Shown in pieces: positions 1 to 9,952 of a stretch of DNA of 55,791 nt (position 1 is the first letter of the stretch; each line of letters begins with the position of its first letter). The position numbers were made by a program, and so were the translations under genes. Origin of the DNA: an uncultured Desulfovibrionaceae bacterium (GTDB lineage: Bacteria > Desulfobacterota > Desulfovibrionia > Desulfovibrionales > Desulfovibrionaceae). The notes beneath the pieces were generated by a model. That model was given only the letters and a program-made list of their open reading frames with translations. It made no database searches and was not told the DNA's origin. Location of the stretch: positions 1 to 55,791 of the forward strand of contig CAYJPR010000001.1 of NCBI GenBank assembly GCA_964372075.1, given 5' to 3'.

Positions 1-84
1 TTTAGGCTTAGCTTTGTGTTCTGTATCTGATGAAGTCATGGTGACCATTTCCTTTTTATAAAAATAATTTCCCGAACAGTACTC

Positions 85-1515
85 CTACGCCGTCCCTTTG
101 GCAATGTGAGAAGAGCGCACACGCACTGCCATAATCACATAAACTAAAGCCGCTAAAGCTAAGCCTACCACAAATGGAGGCCAAGAGCGCAGCTGGCTCG
201 GGAGCATATCCAAAGAAAGCAAAGCCGTACTTGGTACCACCAATAAATACCAAGAAATACAAGACAAAGCCCCTGTAAGAGCACTGGCTGTGGCGGCGCG
301 TGCGCAGGCATGTTTGCATAAGACAAGGCTTATGTAGGGCACAAAGGCCGTAGCACCGATAACGCTCCAAGATGTGGTGTAAATTAGAGAAATAACTTTG
401 CCTTCCATCTGCGCTGTAATGGCACTGATAAGCACACACACCACCATGGCGCCTAGCCAAGTGGTCTTGGTGGTTTTACAGCCCACAATATCTTCGGTGA
501 ACGATGATGCCGCAATATGGAAAAGTGCCGTACAGGTGGAAATGGAAGCAGAAATAATGGCTATGCAAAAGATTTGCTTACCAACGCCAGGCAAAAGCAT
601 ATTTACCAAAGCGGGAATAACGGCATCACTATTGGCCATTTCCGGAACAATAAGACGAGAAAGAGAAGCAATAAAGTACATGCCCCCCACAATAAGAAGC
701 AGCACCAAAGAAGCCACGAGAGCAGCTTTTTTCACTTCTTTTTTATCTTGCAGGGCAAAATGGCGCTGAATCATTTGCGGCTGTGCCCACACGGCTACAG
801 AAGTCACCACCACAAGAGACACAATAAAGAATCCGGAATCCCCCGAGGAAAAAGAGGTAAAGCCGTTATTGGCAGCAGAGGTAGCCGGCAGAAGCGATAA
901 AGCCTGCACGCCTTCCACAGGACCACCCACAAGGCTCAGTACTTTATAAGCCAATAAACCAATACCTAAAAGCATGATGCCGCCTTGCATAGCTTCTGTA
1001 AGGAGCACGCCACGCATACCACCCCACACCACAGCAAGACCCACCACCACAGCTAAGAGCCATACGCTGGCCCCATAACTTAAGGGGAACATATCCATAA
1101 GCAAGAGCGCGGCCCCTTTTATAACAGCTGCAGCGTATACAGAAAGGAAAAAAGCAAAGATACAGCCCAAAATCTTACGCAAAAAAGGTGCATTATGCCC
1201 CAAGGAAAGGAGCTGCGCCGGCGTGCGCGCTTGAAGCTTTTGTTGCAATTGCTTGGTGGGCCATGCCAAAACATAGTACACAAAAAGCGTTCCCAAAAAC
1301 ACATTACCAAGGGCAATAAACATCATTTGTAAACCAAATTTATGGGCAAGACCGCCAAAACCAATGAGAGCCACGGCAGAAATATACGTTGCCACATAGG
1401 CCAGCGACTGAACCCCAAAGCCCACCTTACCGCTGAGCAAAGCATCCTTACCGGCGCCCATACGCGCCAAAAAGAAAAATACTGCTATGTACGCAACCCA
1501 AATGATAACTTCCAT
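85..1515 (-). CDS. sodium:solute symporter (SSF) family transporter
   Basis: ORF 85..1563 is polytopic and hydrophobic throughout. It has an SSF-like N-terminal region (GK..L..G..SLAYVATYISAVALIGFGG). I trimmed the start to ATG 1515 (MEVIIW), which has GAGGA 5 nt upstream. Confidence 0.8.
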   Translation of the reverse strand: MEVIIWVAYIAVFFFLARMGAGKDALLSGKVGFGVQSLAYVATYISAVALIGFGGLAHKFGLQMMFIALGNVFLGTLFVYYVLAWPTKQLQQKLQARTPAQLLSLGHNAPFLRKILGCIFAFFLSVYAAAVIKGAALLLMDMFPLSYGASVWLLAVVVGLAVVWGGMRGVLLTEAMQGGIMLLGIGLLAYKVLSLVGGPVEGVQALSLLPATSAANNGFTSFSSGDSGFFIVSLVVVTSVAVWAQPQMIQRHFALQDKKEVKKAALVASLVLLLIVGGMYFIASLSRLIVPEMANSDAVIPALVNMLLPGVGKQIFCIAIISASISTCTALFHIAASSFTEDIVGCKTTKTTWLGAMVVCVLISAITAQMEGKVISLIYTTSWSVIGATAFVPYISLVLCKHACARAATASALTGALSCISWYLLVVPSTALLSLDMLPSQLRSWPPFVVGLALAALVYVIMAVRVRSSHIAKGTA

Positions 1516-1812
1516 GACCATCCTCACTTTTACTTTTTTTGCATAAAAAAAAGCCGCTTCCACTACGGAAACGGCTTATACTTGTAAATGTTTTTTACCC
1601 TACAACAAAGACCCTTCCCGTAGCTTGACAGGCAGGTAATAATAATAGCTGTTAAAAAATACGTTAAACATACAATTATCCTTTGTTGTGATGGAGTCAC
1701 TTTTACGTAAAACTTGCGCCCTGTCAAGAAATAATACAGTATAAGCAAGAGTTTTTTGAAGAAAAAGGGTTTATTTTATACCATTTGGTACATTTACTAC
1801 CAAGGAGAGTCC

Positions 1813-2124
1813 ATGCTTTTAGTCTATACCACCACACCCACCCTAGCAGAAGCCAAAGAGCTAGCCGCTCATATAGTTAAAGAACGCCTTGCCGCCGGGG
1901 CCAATATTATTCCCGCCCTTCACTCCATCTATCATTGGCAAGGCGAAGTGGTTCAAGCTGAAGAATGCGCTTGCCTATTTCAAACCACCAAGGAGAATTT
2001 TGTCGCCCTTGAAAAAACCTTACAAGAAAGGCATAGCTATGAAGTGCCTTGCATCATAGCTATGCCTTTAGAAAAAGCGGAAAAACATTTTGCAGCGTGG
2101 ATACAGCAACACTGCCACCCTTAA
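1813..2124 (+). CDS. cutA: divalent-cation tolerance protein CutA
   Basis: About 103 aa with the typical CutA1 pattern (MLLVYTT.P....A..LA..IV.ERLAA.ANI.P...S.Y.W.GEV...EE..L..KT). AGGAGA lies 4 nt before ATG 1813. The longer ORF start at 1756 has no such support. Confidence 0.85.
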   Translation: MLLVYTTTPTLAEAKELAAHIVKERLAAGANIIPALHSIYHWQGEVVQAEECACLFQTTKENFVALEKTLQERHSYEVPCIIAMPLEKAEKHFAAWIQQHCHP

Positions 2125-3390
2125 CTATTGCTTTGTAGTAGTCTCCTGCGCTGCAGCAGACGCATTTGCCGGCGCTTGTCCTTGGCCTTGGCCTTGAAAT
2201 GCCGCCGGCTGATTATTTTCAATAATATGCTTATCTCCATACATGCCGTAAGCGCTGTGCATAATCCAATGCATAATGGGAGGAACCCTATCTTTTAAGG
2301 TAGCAACATTCCACGTGATATCTTTGGTTCGCTCGTAAATTTGTTGCCAATGGGTAAAGGAAAAACGCACATCCACACAATCCGGATCTGTACACGGCGC
2401 TAAACCTTTACACTCTGCTTTGAGCCACACAAAAAGGCGTTTGGATTTTTCCTGCTCCGTATTCACCACAAGGAAGAGGCACAGCTCCATATGTTTTTCT
2501 ATGGCAAAGGGAAGCTTTTCTATATCATCGCGCAAAAAGCGCAAACGTATACCGCAAGCGGAAATATTAATAATACGGAAATCACTTTCGCCGTCAGGGC
2601 GAAACATGCCAAAAGCCTTACCAAGACCTTGCACTTTATCGGCAAGCATATTGGTATCTTTTGCATACAGCCATGCAGAAGCTAAAGCTACCGATTCTGG
2701 GGCCGGCTCAATACGCACTTCTTCGCGCGATTGTGAATCCCCTAAAATACTGGGACGCTGAATAACAATATACTTTTCACCGCCCTGCTCCATTATCTTG
2801 CACACAAAGGAAGCAAAGTGGTACAAAGTTCCTTGGCCATTTTGCACCAATTGCAAATACACATCTATGGGCGCATGATCCCAGCCATCATAAAGAGAAC
2901 CGGGCACAAGGCGCAAAGTTAAATAAGGGTTGCAGGGGCGCTTCTCCTTATTTTGTGTATCTTCTTCTGCTTCTCCCTCTTCCCCTTGGGAAAAAGCTGT
3001 GTTGGTAGAGTGCATTTCTGCTATGCCGTGGCATTGGATATGCTTTTGCGTAATGGAAGAACGCGTACATACAAGATCAAATTTCGAATTTAATTCAATG
3101 GCTCTGTCTAAAATATTAGCCACAATTTGATCGGCGTCCACTTCAAAAGAAAAGTCTTTTTCCTTGGTTGCGCCCTTGCGCTGTTTACTCACCCAGACAA
3201 AAGAAATGACCAGTACAACTACGGCCATAACAACTAAATACATGAGAATGGTTTTTGTCATGGGAGTGGGACTCCACAACAATTCTAAACCGGAAGCCCC
3301 CGCGCTGTACATGGCCCAGCGACTGGGTTCTTCATAAAAGCCTTTCTCCGCCTGTGATACTTGATGCACGTTCCTAGCAGGTGTATACAT
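2125..3390 (-). CDS. membrane-anchored protein with a C-terminal PilZ-like domain (putative c-di-GMP receptor)
   Basis: One TM helix (ILMYLVVMAVVVLVISFVWV). There is an RxxxR (SREEVR) followed by NISACG (D/NxSxxG), but the spacer is longer than in classical PilZ. The tail is GQGQGQ/Ala-rich. The start is uncertain: TTG 3420, ATG 3390 or ATG 3261. Confidence 0.45.
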   Translation of the reverse strand: MYTPARNVHQVSQAEKGFYEEPSRWAMYSAGASGLELLWSPTPMTKTILMYLVVMAVVVLVISFVWVSKQRKGATKEKDFSFEVDADQIVANILDRAIELNSKFDLVCTRSSITQKHIQCHGIAEMHSTNTAFSQGEEGEAEEDTQNKEKRPCNPYLTLRLVPGSLYDGWDHAPIDVYLQLVQNGQGTLYHFASFVCKIMEQGGEKYIVIQRPSILGDSQSREEVRIEPAPESVALASAWLYAKDTNMLADKVQGLGKAFGMFRPDGESDFRIINISACGIRLRFLRDDIEKLPFAIEKHMELCLFLVVNTEQEKSKRLFVWLKAECKGLAPCTDPDCVDVRFSFTHWQQIYERTKDITWNVATLKDRVPPIMHWIMHSAYGMYGDKHIIENNQPAAFQGQGQGQAPANASAAAQETTTKQ

Positions 3391-3531
3391 AGCACAATAC
3401 CTTGTATTTATTATGGTCAAGGACAGAAGCGAGCAGCCTCAGCAAATAGATACATTTACGCTACAACAGAAGTGCCTTTATGGCAACACCTTTTCTTATA
3501 TGGTGATTTTTCTCAAGCACTTAATCACCGC

Positions 3532-3563
3532 AAAAAAATAAGCCGAGAGTCTCCCCTCGGCTT
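3532..3563 (-). terminator. rho-independent terminator downstream of the catalase gene
   Basis: Minus-strand RNA reads AAGCCGAG-GGGAGACU-CUCGGCUU followed by AUUUUUUU. The stem is a perfect 8 bp and lies 28 nt after the stop codon. Confidence 0.8.
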
Positions 3564-3590
3564 ATATATTTTCTACATATCTGATACTAT

Positions 3591-5036
3591 TTACTTAGTA
3601 GTATTTTTCAAAGCGGCTGCCACGCCAGCGCCATAATCTGCATGAGCACGGGTACAATGGTCTACATGGCGTTGTTGCACCTCAGCACTGGCCCCTTGCA
3701 AAGCCCTAGCTGTATTTTCAAAAAGTACCTGTTGCTGCTCCGCATTCATGAGCATAAAAAGTTTACCGGGCTGGGTGAAATAATCGTCATCATCTTCACG
3801 AGTATCCCAGTCCCATGCAGGCCCCTCTAAATCTAAAGCTGGCTCACGAAACTCCGGCTGATTTTGCCACTCACCTACAGAATTAGGTTCATAAGGCGTG
3901 GTGGCGCCAAAGTTACCATCCACACGCATGGCCCCGTCTCGATGGTAACTATGCACTGGGCAACGCGGTTGATTCACAGGAATAAGATGATGGTTCACAC
4001 CCAAGCGATAACGCTGGGCATCGCCATAGGAGAAAAGGCGCCCTTGAAGCATTTTGTCGGGAGAAAAACCAATGCCTGGAACAATATTAGCCGGATTAAA
4101 AGCCGCTTGCTCCACCTCAGCAAAATAATTTTCCGGATTTTTATTCAGCTCTAATACACCCACTTCTAACATGGGCGCATCACCATGATACCACACCTTG
4201 GTCAAATCAAAAGGATGATAGGGCAAATTCTTCGCCGCTTCTTCCGAAAGCACCTGCACAAAGAGTGTCCACTTAGGATAGTCACCGCGCTCAATGGCTT
4301 CAAACAAATCTCTATGGTGGCTATCTCTATCCTTACCCACAACAGCCTCGGCCTCAGCATCGCTTATATTCTTAATGCCTTGCTGAGTACGGAAGTGGAA
4401 TTTCACATAAAAACGTTCATTGTTGGCATTTAAAAAACTATAGGTATGACTACCAAAGCCATGCATATGGCGATACGTAGCCGGAATGCCTCTATCACTC
4501 ATAAGGATAGTCACCTGATGCAAGGCTTCCGGTAAAAGCGTCCAAAAATCCCAATTACTCTGAGGATTATGCATATGCGTGCGTGGATCTCTTTTTACCA
4601 CATGGTTCAAATCAGGAAAATTTAAGGGATCACGCATGAAAAATACAGGCGTATTATTCCCCACTAAATCCCAATTGCCTTGCTCTGTATAAAATTTCAT
4701 GGCAAAGCCGCGGATATCTCGCTCAGCATCGGCGGCTCCGCGCTCCCCTGCCACTGTGGAAAAGCGCAAGAAAAGATCCGTCTTTTTGCCAATCTCAGAA
4801 AAGAGCGTCGCCTTGGTATACTTTGTTATATCATGGGTCACCGTAAAGGTGCCGTAAGCCCCACTGCCCTTGGCGTGCATACGGCGCTCAGGAATGACTT
4901 CACGGTCAAAATGGGCCAGTTTTTCCAAAAACCAAACATTTTGCAAGAGCATGGGCCCACGCTTTCCTGCTGTTTGCACATTGGTAGCGCCGCTCACAGG
5001 GCAGCCGGCCACAGTGGTAAGTTTCTTATCAGACAT
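3591..5036 (-). CDS. katA: monofunctional heme catalase
   Basis: 481 aa with the canonical catalase core ([62 protein letters not shown]). Confidence 0.97.
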   Translation of the reverse strand: MSDKKLTTVAGCPVSGATNVQTAGKRGPMLLQNVWFLEKLAHFDREVIPERRMHAKGSGAYGTFTVTHDITKYTKATLFSEIGKKTDLFLRFSTVAGERGAADAERDIRGFAMKFYTEQGNWDLVGNNTPVFFMRDPLNFPDLNHVVKRDPRTHMHNPQSNWDFWTLLPEALHQVTILMSDRGIPATYRHMHGFGSHTYSFLNANNERFYVKFHFRTQQGIKNISDAEAEAVVGKDRDSHHRDLFEAIERGDYPKWTLFVQVLSEEAAKNLPYHPFDLTKVWYHGDAPMLEVGVLELNKNPENYFAEVEQAAFNPANIVPGIGFSPDKMLQGRLFSYGDAQRYRLGVNHHLIPVNQPRCPVHSYHRDGAMRVDGNFGATTPYEPNSVGEWQNQPEFREPALDLEGPAWDWDTREDDDDYFTQPGKLFMLMNAEQQQVLFENTARALQGASAEVQQRHVDHCTRAHADYGAGVAAALKNTTK

Positions 5037-5382
5037 TTTCTTCTCCTTAATCTTTTACAGGATACAAAATAGCATGAACTAACTTTAACCTAAAAAATCT
5101 TAGCACATAAAACATCTTCTCAATAGCTTCTTAACGCACAGCAACATGTATATCTTTTTTGTGGGGGAGAGAGAAAACCTTTCTCAAACGGAAAAAGCCC
5201 CATATAAGCAGGGGTATCCCTTTCCAAAAGCCTCTCTATTACAAAGCTTGAAACACTTATTTACACAATAAGCGCGTTTTGAGGGGGGATTTTTAGTATG
5301 GGGCGGGAAACTTTTTGGCGCTAGCAAAAATTCCCCCCAGTAAAAAATAAAACAAAAAAACACGTAAAAACATATAAAAACC

Positions 5383-5412
5383 ATAAAAAAGGACAGAGTC
5401 TCCCCTGCCCTT
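5383..5412 (-). terminator. rho-independent terminator downstream of the EF-G-like gene
   Basis: Minus-strand RNA reads AAGGGCAG-GGGAGACU-CUGUCCUU followed by UUUUAU. The single G.U pair forms only in the minus orientation. Confidence 0.65.
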
Positions 5413-5420
5413 TTATAGTA

Positions 5421-7484
5421 TTACTCAGCTTTCGTTTTTTCGTATTCAGCTATCACTTTTTCAGCCACTGGCGGTGGTGCTTCTTCGTAATGGGCAAATT
5501 CCATGGTGAAGACGCCTTGACCACCGGTCATGGAGCGTAGGTCTGGCGCATAGCGTAAGACTTCGCTCATGGGCACATGGGCTTTGATTTCTGTAATTCC
5601 GGACACAGAATCAGAGCCTAAAACTTTACCACGCCTAGAGGATAAATCCCCAATAATATCACCCATATTTTCATCGGGCACAGACACAGCAAGGGTTACG
5701 ATGGGCTCTAAAAGCACAGGCTTTAAACTTTCCAAGGCCTTTTTAAAGGCAAGGGAACCGGCAATTTTAAAGGCCATTTCCGAGGAGTCTACGTTATGGT
5801 ACGAACCATCATACACTTTCACGCGGAAATCTACCACCTGACAACCGGCAAGGAAACCACGAGCTGCGGCTTCTTGCACGCCCTTATCGATGGCAGGAAT
5901 GTAGGTACGGGGAATAACACCGCCCACAATGGCATCTTCAAATTGATAGCCACTGCCGCGTGGTAGACCTTCCAGCTCGATCCAGCAATCGCCAAATTGA
6001 CCGCGTCCACCCGATTGTTTTTTATGGCGCCCTTGCACTTGGCATTTGCCGCGAACAGTTTCACGATAGGGAACCTTAGGCGTTTTTAAAACAATTTCCG
6101 TTTTATAACGGCGCATGGCCTTTTCTACCGAAAGCTCAATGTGCAATTGCCCCATACCGGCCAGCAAAATGCAGCCGGACTCTGGGTCGCGGGAAAGCTT
6201 TAAGGTAATATCTTCTTCAAGCACCTTTTGAATGGCGTTAAAGACCTTTTCTTCCTCACCTTTTTCCTTGGGTTCCAAGGCATAGGTAATGAGCTGCGGG
6301 GGCAAGATAGGCATGGGGAGCACAAAAGGCGCCTTATCGTCATATAAAGTATCGCCGGTGGCGGTATTTTTTAATTTACCAATGGCAATGATGGAGCCGG
6401 GGCCTAAGGTTTCCTTGCAAGGGCTTTGGTTTTTACCCGTTAAATATGCCAAGGAAGAAAGGCGCTCTGTTTCTTCTGCGCGTGCATTTTTCAAAACGCT
6501 ATCGCCAGAAATGGTTCCAGAAAGCACGCGAGCCATGGAGAGTTGTCCGGCAAAGGGGTCCACAATGGTTTTAAAGATAAAGCAAGCGGCAGGACCATCT
6601 TCGGTGCTGGCGCGCTCATTGCCTTCTGCATCCATAAAAGCAGGACGCTCTAAGGGAGATGGCATAAGCTTTTGAATGGATTTTAATAATTGCACGCCGC
6701 CTTTATTTTCGAGGGCCGCACCGCAAACCACAGGCACAAGGGCCCCAGAGGCTACGCCAGTGCGCAGACCTAAAGCGATATCTTCTGCGCTGAGCATACC
6801 TTCTTCAAGGTATTTTTCCATGAGCTCTTCATGAGACTCAGCAATATTTTCCACTGCGATATCGTGTATTAAAGCCACTTCATCTTCTAAGTCCACAGGA
6901 ATGGGAGCTTCAATGGAAGCGCCATTTTCTCCAAACATGAGCGCTTTACCGCCAAAAATATCTACCAAACCAAGGAAGGTTTCACCTGCCACTATGGGCA
7001 TGAAAAGAGTGACGGGCTTGGCACCCAGCATGGTGGCAATGCCGTCATAGGCCATTTGAAAATCGGCTCTATCTCTATCCATTTTATTGATGAACATGAC
7101 AGCTGGTAAATTTTGCTGACGCACATGACCCCACATTTTCTTGGTGAGAGGACGTACACCGTCCACGGCGTCTAGTACAAAAACTACCCCATCTACGCCT
7201 TGTAAAAGGCAAGATATATCGCCCACAAAGCCCCCAGCACCGGGAATATCTACCATATAATGGCGATTATCTTCCCAAGTATAGGTTGCAAAGCCGGGCT
7301 GAATGGAGCCGCGACGGCGTATTTCTTCTGGTTCGTAGTCAAGGCTAGTGGTGCCGTCTTCCACGGCCCCTAGGCGATTGATTATGCCTGTTTGAAAAAG
7401 AAGCATTTCTGCTAAAGAGGTTTTGCCACAGCCGCCTGTGCCCACCAGGGCATAGGTGCGTTGGCTATCAAGTGATTTGGCCAT
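5421..7484 (-). CDS. elongation factor G paralog (divergent EF-G-like translational GTPase)
   Basis: EF-G five-domain length and similarity throughout. P-loop GTGGCGKTS, G3 DIPGAGGF, G4 NKMD. Start at ATG 7484 (MAKSLD) with GGGAGA upstream. Confidence 0.85.
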   Translation of the reverse strand: MAKSLDSQRTYALVGTGGCGKTSLAEMLLFQTGIINRLGAVEDGTTSLDYEPEEIRRRGSIQPGFATYTWEDNRHYMVDIPGAGGFVGDISCLLQGVDGVVFVLDAVDGVRPLTKKMWGHVRQQNLPAVMFINKMDRDRADFQMAYDGIATMLGAKPVTLFMPIVAGETFLGLVDIFGGKALMFGENGASIEAPIPVDLEDEVALIHDIAVENIAESHEELMEKYLEEGMLSAEDIALGLRTGVASGALVPVVCGAALENKGGVQLLKSIQKLMPSPLERPAFMDAEGNERASTEDGPAACFIFKTIVDPFAGQLSMARVLSGTISGDSVLKNARAEETERLSSLAYLTGKNQSPCKETLGPGSIIAIGKLKNTATGDTLYDDKAPFVLPMPILPPQLITYALEPKEKGEEEKVFNAIQKVLEEDITLKLSRDPESGCILLAGMGQLHIELSVEKAMRRYKTEIVLKTPKVPYRETVRGKCQVQGRHKKQSGGRGQFGDCWIELEGLPRGSGYQFEDAIVGGVIPRTYIPAIDKGVQEAAARGFLAGCQVVDFRVKVYDGSYHNVDSSEMAFKIAGSLAFKKALESLKPVLLEPIVTLAVSVPDENMGDIIGDLSSRRGKVLGSDSVSGITEIKAHVPMSEVLRYAPDLRSMTGGQGVFTMEFAHYEEAPPPVAEKVIAEYEKTKAE

Positions 7485-7700
7485 TGTGTTCTCCCGTAGC
7501 TTCAAAGTGAAGGAGGGCAATGCATTGCACACACTCCAGAAAAACGAATTCCATAAAACTTACCTTTTACTGTGCCCTAAGAAGTGAAAAATGTCTACAC
7601 TGTATACAAAATAAGATTATGGTGGGAAATGGCCTTGCCACAGCTTTAAAAAAAAGACAGACTATACCTACTCCATCTGCCTAAGGAATAGACACATACT

Positions 7701-8300
7701 ATGGATTTTCTACCTCACTTTCTCACCATAAATACCCTTGTATATGCCCTACTTGGCATTCCTGCCTTGGTGGGCTTTGTGGTTATGATGCGCATGATGA
7801 GAAAGGGGCGTTCCAATTTTACCGAGCGTCACAAGGCCATGGACCAGCGCATTTTACAAACTTCCACAGAAGTGGATGAGCTTAATAAAACCCTGCAAGA
7901 AGGGGAACAATTGCATATTATAGCCGCGGCTTTGCGCGAAGCAACACGCTTACATCCCCAAGCTGAACTGATAGAAATTGATGAGCAAGAACACTTTGTA
8001 CGCCTTGCTTTGGAAAAACAAACCTTCTTTATCTTGTATAAAGAAAAAAAACATAACATGCGCTCCACAGGTAAAACCGTGTACGGACAAGGGCATTTTG
8101 AAGTGCAAGGCCCACTCCCCTTAAGCCAAACAGAGCCTTTACTAACTCAAGAAAAAGATCGAGCTCCTCATAAGGCACCATGGGCACAGGGAAAGATATT
8201 TTATTCTTTAATGGAGCTAGAGCTCTACCTCACACAAAAATTTCATGTGCCTCAAGCACATAATCTCCCCCCTGCTTTGCGCAAGAAGAGCCTACACTAG
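7701..8300 (+). CDS. hypothetical protein with an N-terminal TM anchor
   Basis: 199-aa ORF with one hydrophobic helix (LVYALLGIPALVGFVVMM). A bidirectional terminator follows it. I recognised no family. Confidence 0.5.
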   Translation: MDFLPHFLTINTLVYALLGIPALVGFVVMMRMMRKGRSNFTERHKAMDQRILQTSTEVDELNKTLQEGEQLHIIAAALREATRLHPQAELIEIDEQEHFVRLALEKQTFFILYKEKKHNMRSTGKTVYGQGHFEVQGPLPLSQTEPLLTQEKDRAPHKAPWAQGKIFYSLMELELYLTQKFHVPQAHNLPPALRKKSLH

Positions 8301-8330
8301 CAGGCTCATATAAAACCTAAAATACAGCAC

Positions 8331-8368
8331 AAAAAAAGCCCCGTGGCCGAAACCGCGGGGCTTTTGCT
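8331..8368. terminator. bidirectional terminator between the hypothetical gene and rpsA
   Basis: 10-bp stem AGCCCCGUGG/CCGCGGGGCU with a 6-nt loop. An A-run precedes it and a T-rich stretch follows it, so it can serve both convergent genes. Confidence 0.75.
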
Positions 8369-8383
8369 TATATATGTGAAAAA

Positions 8384-9889
8384 CTATTTCTTGTTTTTCT
8401 TATCCATAGCAGCGGCAAAAGCTTGGCTAAGATTACCAAAAGAACCACCATCAGAGGAAGCTGTGCTAGCACCCTTGGCAGCACGAGGAGCAGAGCTCTT
8501 CATATGCTCTTTCCAAGAGGTATCTTCGCGCTCTTCACGCTCTACGCTTTCTTCTGCACCAAGGCTCATGCGGCGTTTTTCCACATCAATGGACATAACC
8601 TTTAAGGTTACGCTTTGGCCTTTGGCAAGAGCTTGCAATTCTTTAGCGTTCTTAGCTTCTTTAGCGGCGCCGTTAGGTAGTAAACCGGTGATGCCAGGAG
8701 CTATGTTAACAAATACGCCAAATTGTGCGCGGCTTTCCACAGTACCTGTTACAAGGCTACCCACGGGGAATTGCTCTGCCACAAGGCTCCAAGGATCGCT
8801 TTCAGCATCACGCATGGACAAGGAAAGACGACGTTTTTCTAAGGAAAGCTCTTTCACTTTTACAGACACGGTGTCGCCCACAGCCACGAAATCTTCGGGC
8901 TTGTGTACGCGCTTGGTCCAAGACATTTCAGAAATATGCACAAGGCCGTCAATGCCAGGCAATACTTCTACAAAGACACCAAAGCTTGTTAAGCGAACTA
9001 CACGGCCACTCACAACGCTACCGATTTCAAGGCGGCCTTGTACGTCGGCCCAAGGATCGCCTTCGGCTTGCTTACGGGAGAGGGAAATACGCACATTGCC
9101 CTTAGCATCTTGGGTAATGGAAAGCACTTTAGCGCGAACCATATCGCCATCGCTTACAGCTTCATCAGCGCTGCTTACGCGGGACCAAGTGAGCTCAGAA
9201 ATATGAATCATGCCCTCTACGCTAGGGGCAATTTCCATGAATGCGCCAAAGGGAGCTAAACGCGTGATGCGTCCTTCCACGGTGTCGCCTTCTTTCAAGC
9301 TTTCTAAAAGTTTTGCCAAAGATTCTTGACGCTCACGCTCTAAGACTGCGCGATGCGATACCACAATGTTGCGGCCTTGGCTTTCAATACGGGTGATGAT
9401 GAAGGGCAAAGTTTTGCCAACCACAGCATTGGGGTCGTCAAAAGAAGTGCGACCAATTTGGCTACCGGGGCAGAAAGCACGCTTTTGCATAACTTCTACA
9501 TTGTAGCCACCATTGCAGGTGCCAAGCACTTTACCATCTACAGGAATGCCGGCATCGCGGGCATCTTCTAAAGCAGATACGCCGCTACCACTGCGGGAAA
9601 GACGAATTTCTTGCGCACTTACAGACGTTACCCAAGATTCAATGGTGTCGCCCACAGCAACTGTGGCTTCGCCATTGGCATCGAGAATATCTTTACGATC
9701 CATAATGCCATCCACTTTGATGCCGATATCTAAAAAGATATTTTCGCCGGTCATGGCAATGATGGTGCCACTCACCTTTTGGCCAGGCTGTAAACGCTTG
9801 GTAGATGAATTATAGGTTTCAAGAAGGCTTGCAAAGTCTTCGCTCATATTTTCAGCGTCTTGCAAATTTGAAGGGGTATTATCGCTCAT
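8384..9889 (-). CDS. rpsA: 30S ribosomal protein S1
   Basis: Repeated S1 (OB-fold) motifs are visible along the protein (G..V.G.V....G.F..I....G..H.SE). Start at ATG 9889 (MSDNTP) with GAGGA upstream. Confidence 0.92.
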   Translation of the reverse strand: MSDNTPSNLQDAENMSEDFASLLETYNSSTKRLQPGQKVSGTIIAMTGENIFLDIGIKVDGIMDRKDILDANGEATVAVGDTIESWVTSVSAQEIRLSRSGSGVSALEDARDAGIPVDGKVLGTCNGGYNVEVMQKRAFCPGSQIGRTSFDDPNAVVGKTLPFIITRIESQGRNIVVSHRAVLERERQESLAKLLESLKEGDTVEGRITRLAPFGAFMEIAPSVEGMIHISELTWSRVSSADEAVSDGDMVRAKVLSITQDAKGNVRISLSRKQAEGDPWADVQGRLEIGSVVSGRVVRLTSFGVFVEVLPGIDGLVHISEMSWTKRVHKPEDFVAVGDTVSVKVKELSLEKRRLSLSMRDAESDPWSLVAEQFPVGSLVTGTVESRAQFGVFVNIAPGITGLLPNGAAKEAKNAKELQALAKGQSVTLKVMSIDVEKRRMSLGAEESVEREEREDTSWKEHMKSSAPRAAKGASTASSDGGSFGNLSQAFAAAMDKKNKK

Positions 9890-9952
9890 GGGATATCCTC
9901 GGTACAATTGAATTTAGCTGTGAGCTATATACTATAAAAAGCACAAAGGCAA

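Noticed and set aside
1-39. Possible start of another minus-strand gene at the left edge (ATG at 39-37, MTSSDTEHKAKPK...).
   Set aside because: Only 13 codons are visible, which is too little to support a call.
1563-1748. Small intergenic ORFs such as 1563..1748 (-), 5184..5384 (-), 11088..11330 (-) and 46269..46460 (+).
   Set aside because: They have no Shine-Dalgarno support and odd composition (Cys/Phe/Tyr-rich from AT-rich spacers). They overlap terminators or promoter regions and match no family.
3540-5412. The katA and EF-G-like terminators share an identical 8-nt loop and a 12-mer (agagtctcccct). This hinted at a repeated REP-like element.
   Set aside because: Only two copies exist in the window. 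By a rough expectation, many 12-mer pairs recur by chance in 56 kb on two strands. I found no third copy and no extended flanking similarity.
8343-9206. Long antisense or alternative-frame ORFs overlapping confident genes. Examples are 8343..9206 (+) in rpsA, 10523..10888 (+) in the J-protein gene, 24218..24817 and 25537..26058 (+) in the module genes, 39941..40609 (+) in feoB, 54326..54796 (+) in argH and 13068..13433 (-) in the M24 gene.
   Set aside because: Each lies fully inside a gene that has clear family motifs on the other strand or frame. Their products are low-complexity or Ser/Arg/Leu-rich shadow translations with no start-site support.
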